This document shows, piece by piece, positions 63,336-64,000 of a stretch of 64,000 nucleotides of DNA. The DNA comes from Geosiphon pyriformis uo1 (lineage: Eukaryota > Fungi > Glomeromycota). The notes beneath the pieces were generated by a model, which was not told where the DNA came from, searched no databases, and saw only the letters and a program-made list of their open reading frames with translations. The translations under genes were made by a program, and so were the position numbers. Each line of letters begins with the position of its first letter. The stretch's first letter is position 1. The DNA is taken from NCBI GenBank assembly GCA_016748015.1, contig JAAOMT010000603.1, positions 277,008 through 341,007 of the forward strand, written 5' to 3'.

Positions 63336-64000
63336 TATTATTTTCTTTTTTCTTTTTTTTTTGTATTAAATTCGAATATTTCAAATTATAAAAAACTACA
63401 AATTTTTTAAATTACATTATATATAAAAGTTTTTTAATTTAAAAATTTATTTATTTAATTAAAAATATCTATAAAAAAAAAATCAAAAAATTATTCAAAT
63501 ATAATATATATATATATATTTTTAAAATAGTATTATATCTTATTTTTCATTATATTATTTTTTCATGTATAATATTTTTTATAAATTTAATTAATTTAAA
63601 ATATATTAAAGCGTGAACTTACTTTATGGTTTAGCTTTTAGTAGTTAGAATATGTAGGGTTACATAGGATCACATTCAGTTAAGACTGGAAAATATATAT
63701 ATATATATATATATTAAATAAAATTTTTATTGAAATATTTAATTATTACTAATTTTTAACAACATTTTTCTAATTTTATAGAAAGTATTAAATACTTACT
63801 TTTAAAAACAATTATTATTTCTACTATTAAACATTATTGTTCAGATTTTTTCATAAATAAGATCAATATTATATAACATTTAATTAAAGGAATTTTTGCC
63901 TTAGCCGCAATTATTCTTTCAAATTTATGCTGGGGTCCCAAGGATTTCAGTCTTATCAAATACTTTAATGAAGGTGAAATTGGTACAATAATAATTGAAT

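Overview
AT-rich, intron-containing eukaryotic DNA, most consistent with an early-diverging (Glomeromycotina-like) fungus; the taxon is inferred from gene content and repeat types. 1-29.3 kb is a compact island of 14 housekeeping-type genes: INTS11, a Reb1/TTF1-like Myb protein, CIA30, TTC1, ARO2, GPI14, HDAC8-like, ELP5, ERG12, a GPI-anchored CBA1/BtuF-like binding protein, a macrodomain protein, RRP46, PUP3 and QCR2. 29.7-58 kb is a nested transposon graveyard. A LINE (ORF1 plus APE-RT-RNaseH-CCHC, poly-A) is interrupted by a full-length 9.7-kb Ty3/gypsy element that carries a Cys-rich insert, a dUTPase and an extra 3' ORF. The same LINE is also interrupted by a 3.9-kb non-autonomous LTR element filled with an 87-bp satellite. 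An ORF1-only retroelement sharing the LINE's 3' tail follows. All of these are heavily C>T/G>A mutated and grade into almost pure-AT relics. 59.4-62.6 kb holds a secreted/membrane protein gene spanning an assembly gap. Coordinates and alignments were read by eye; no database searches were run.
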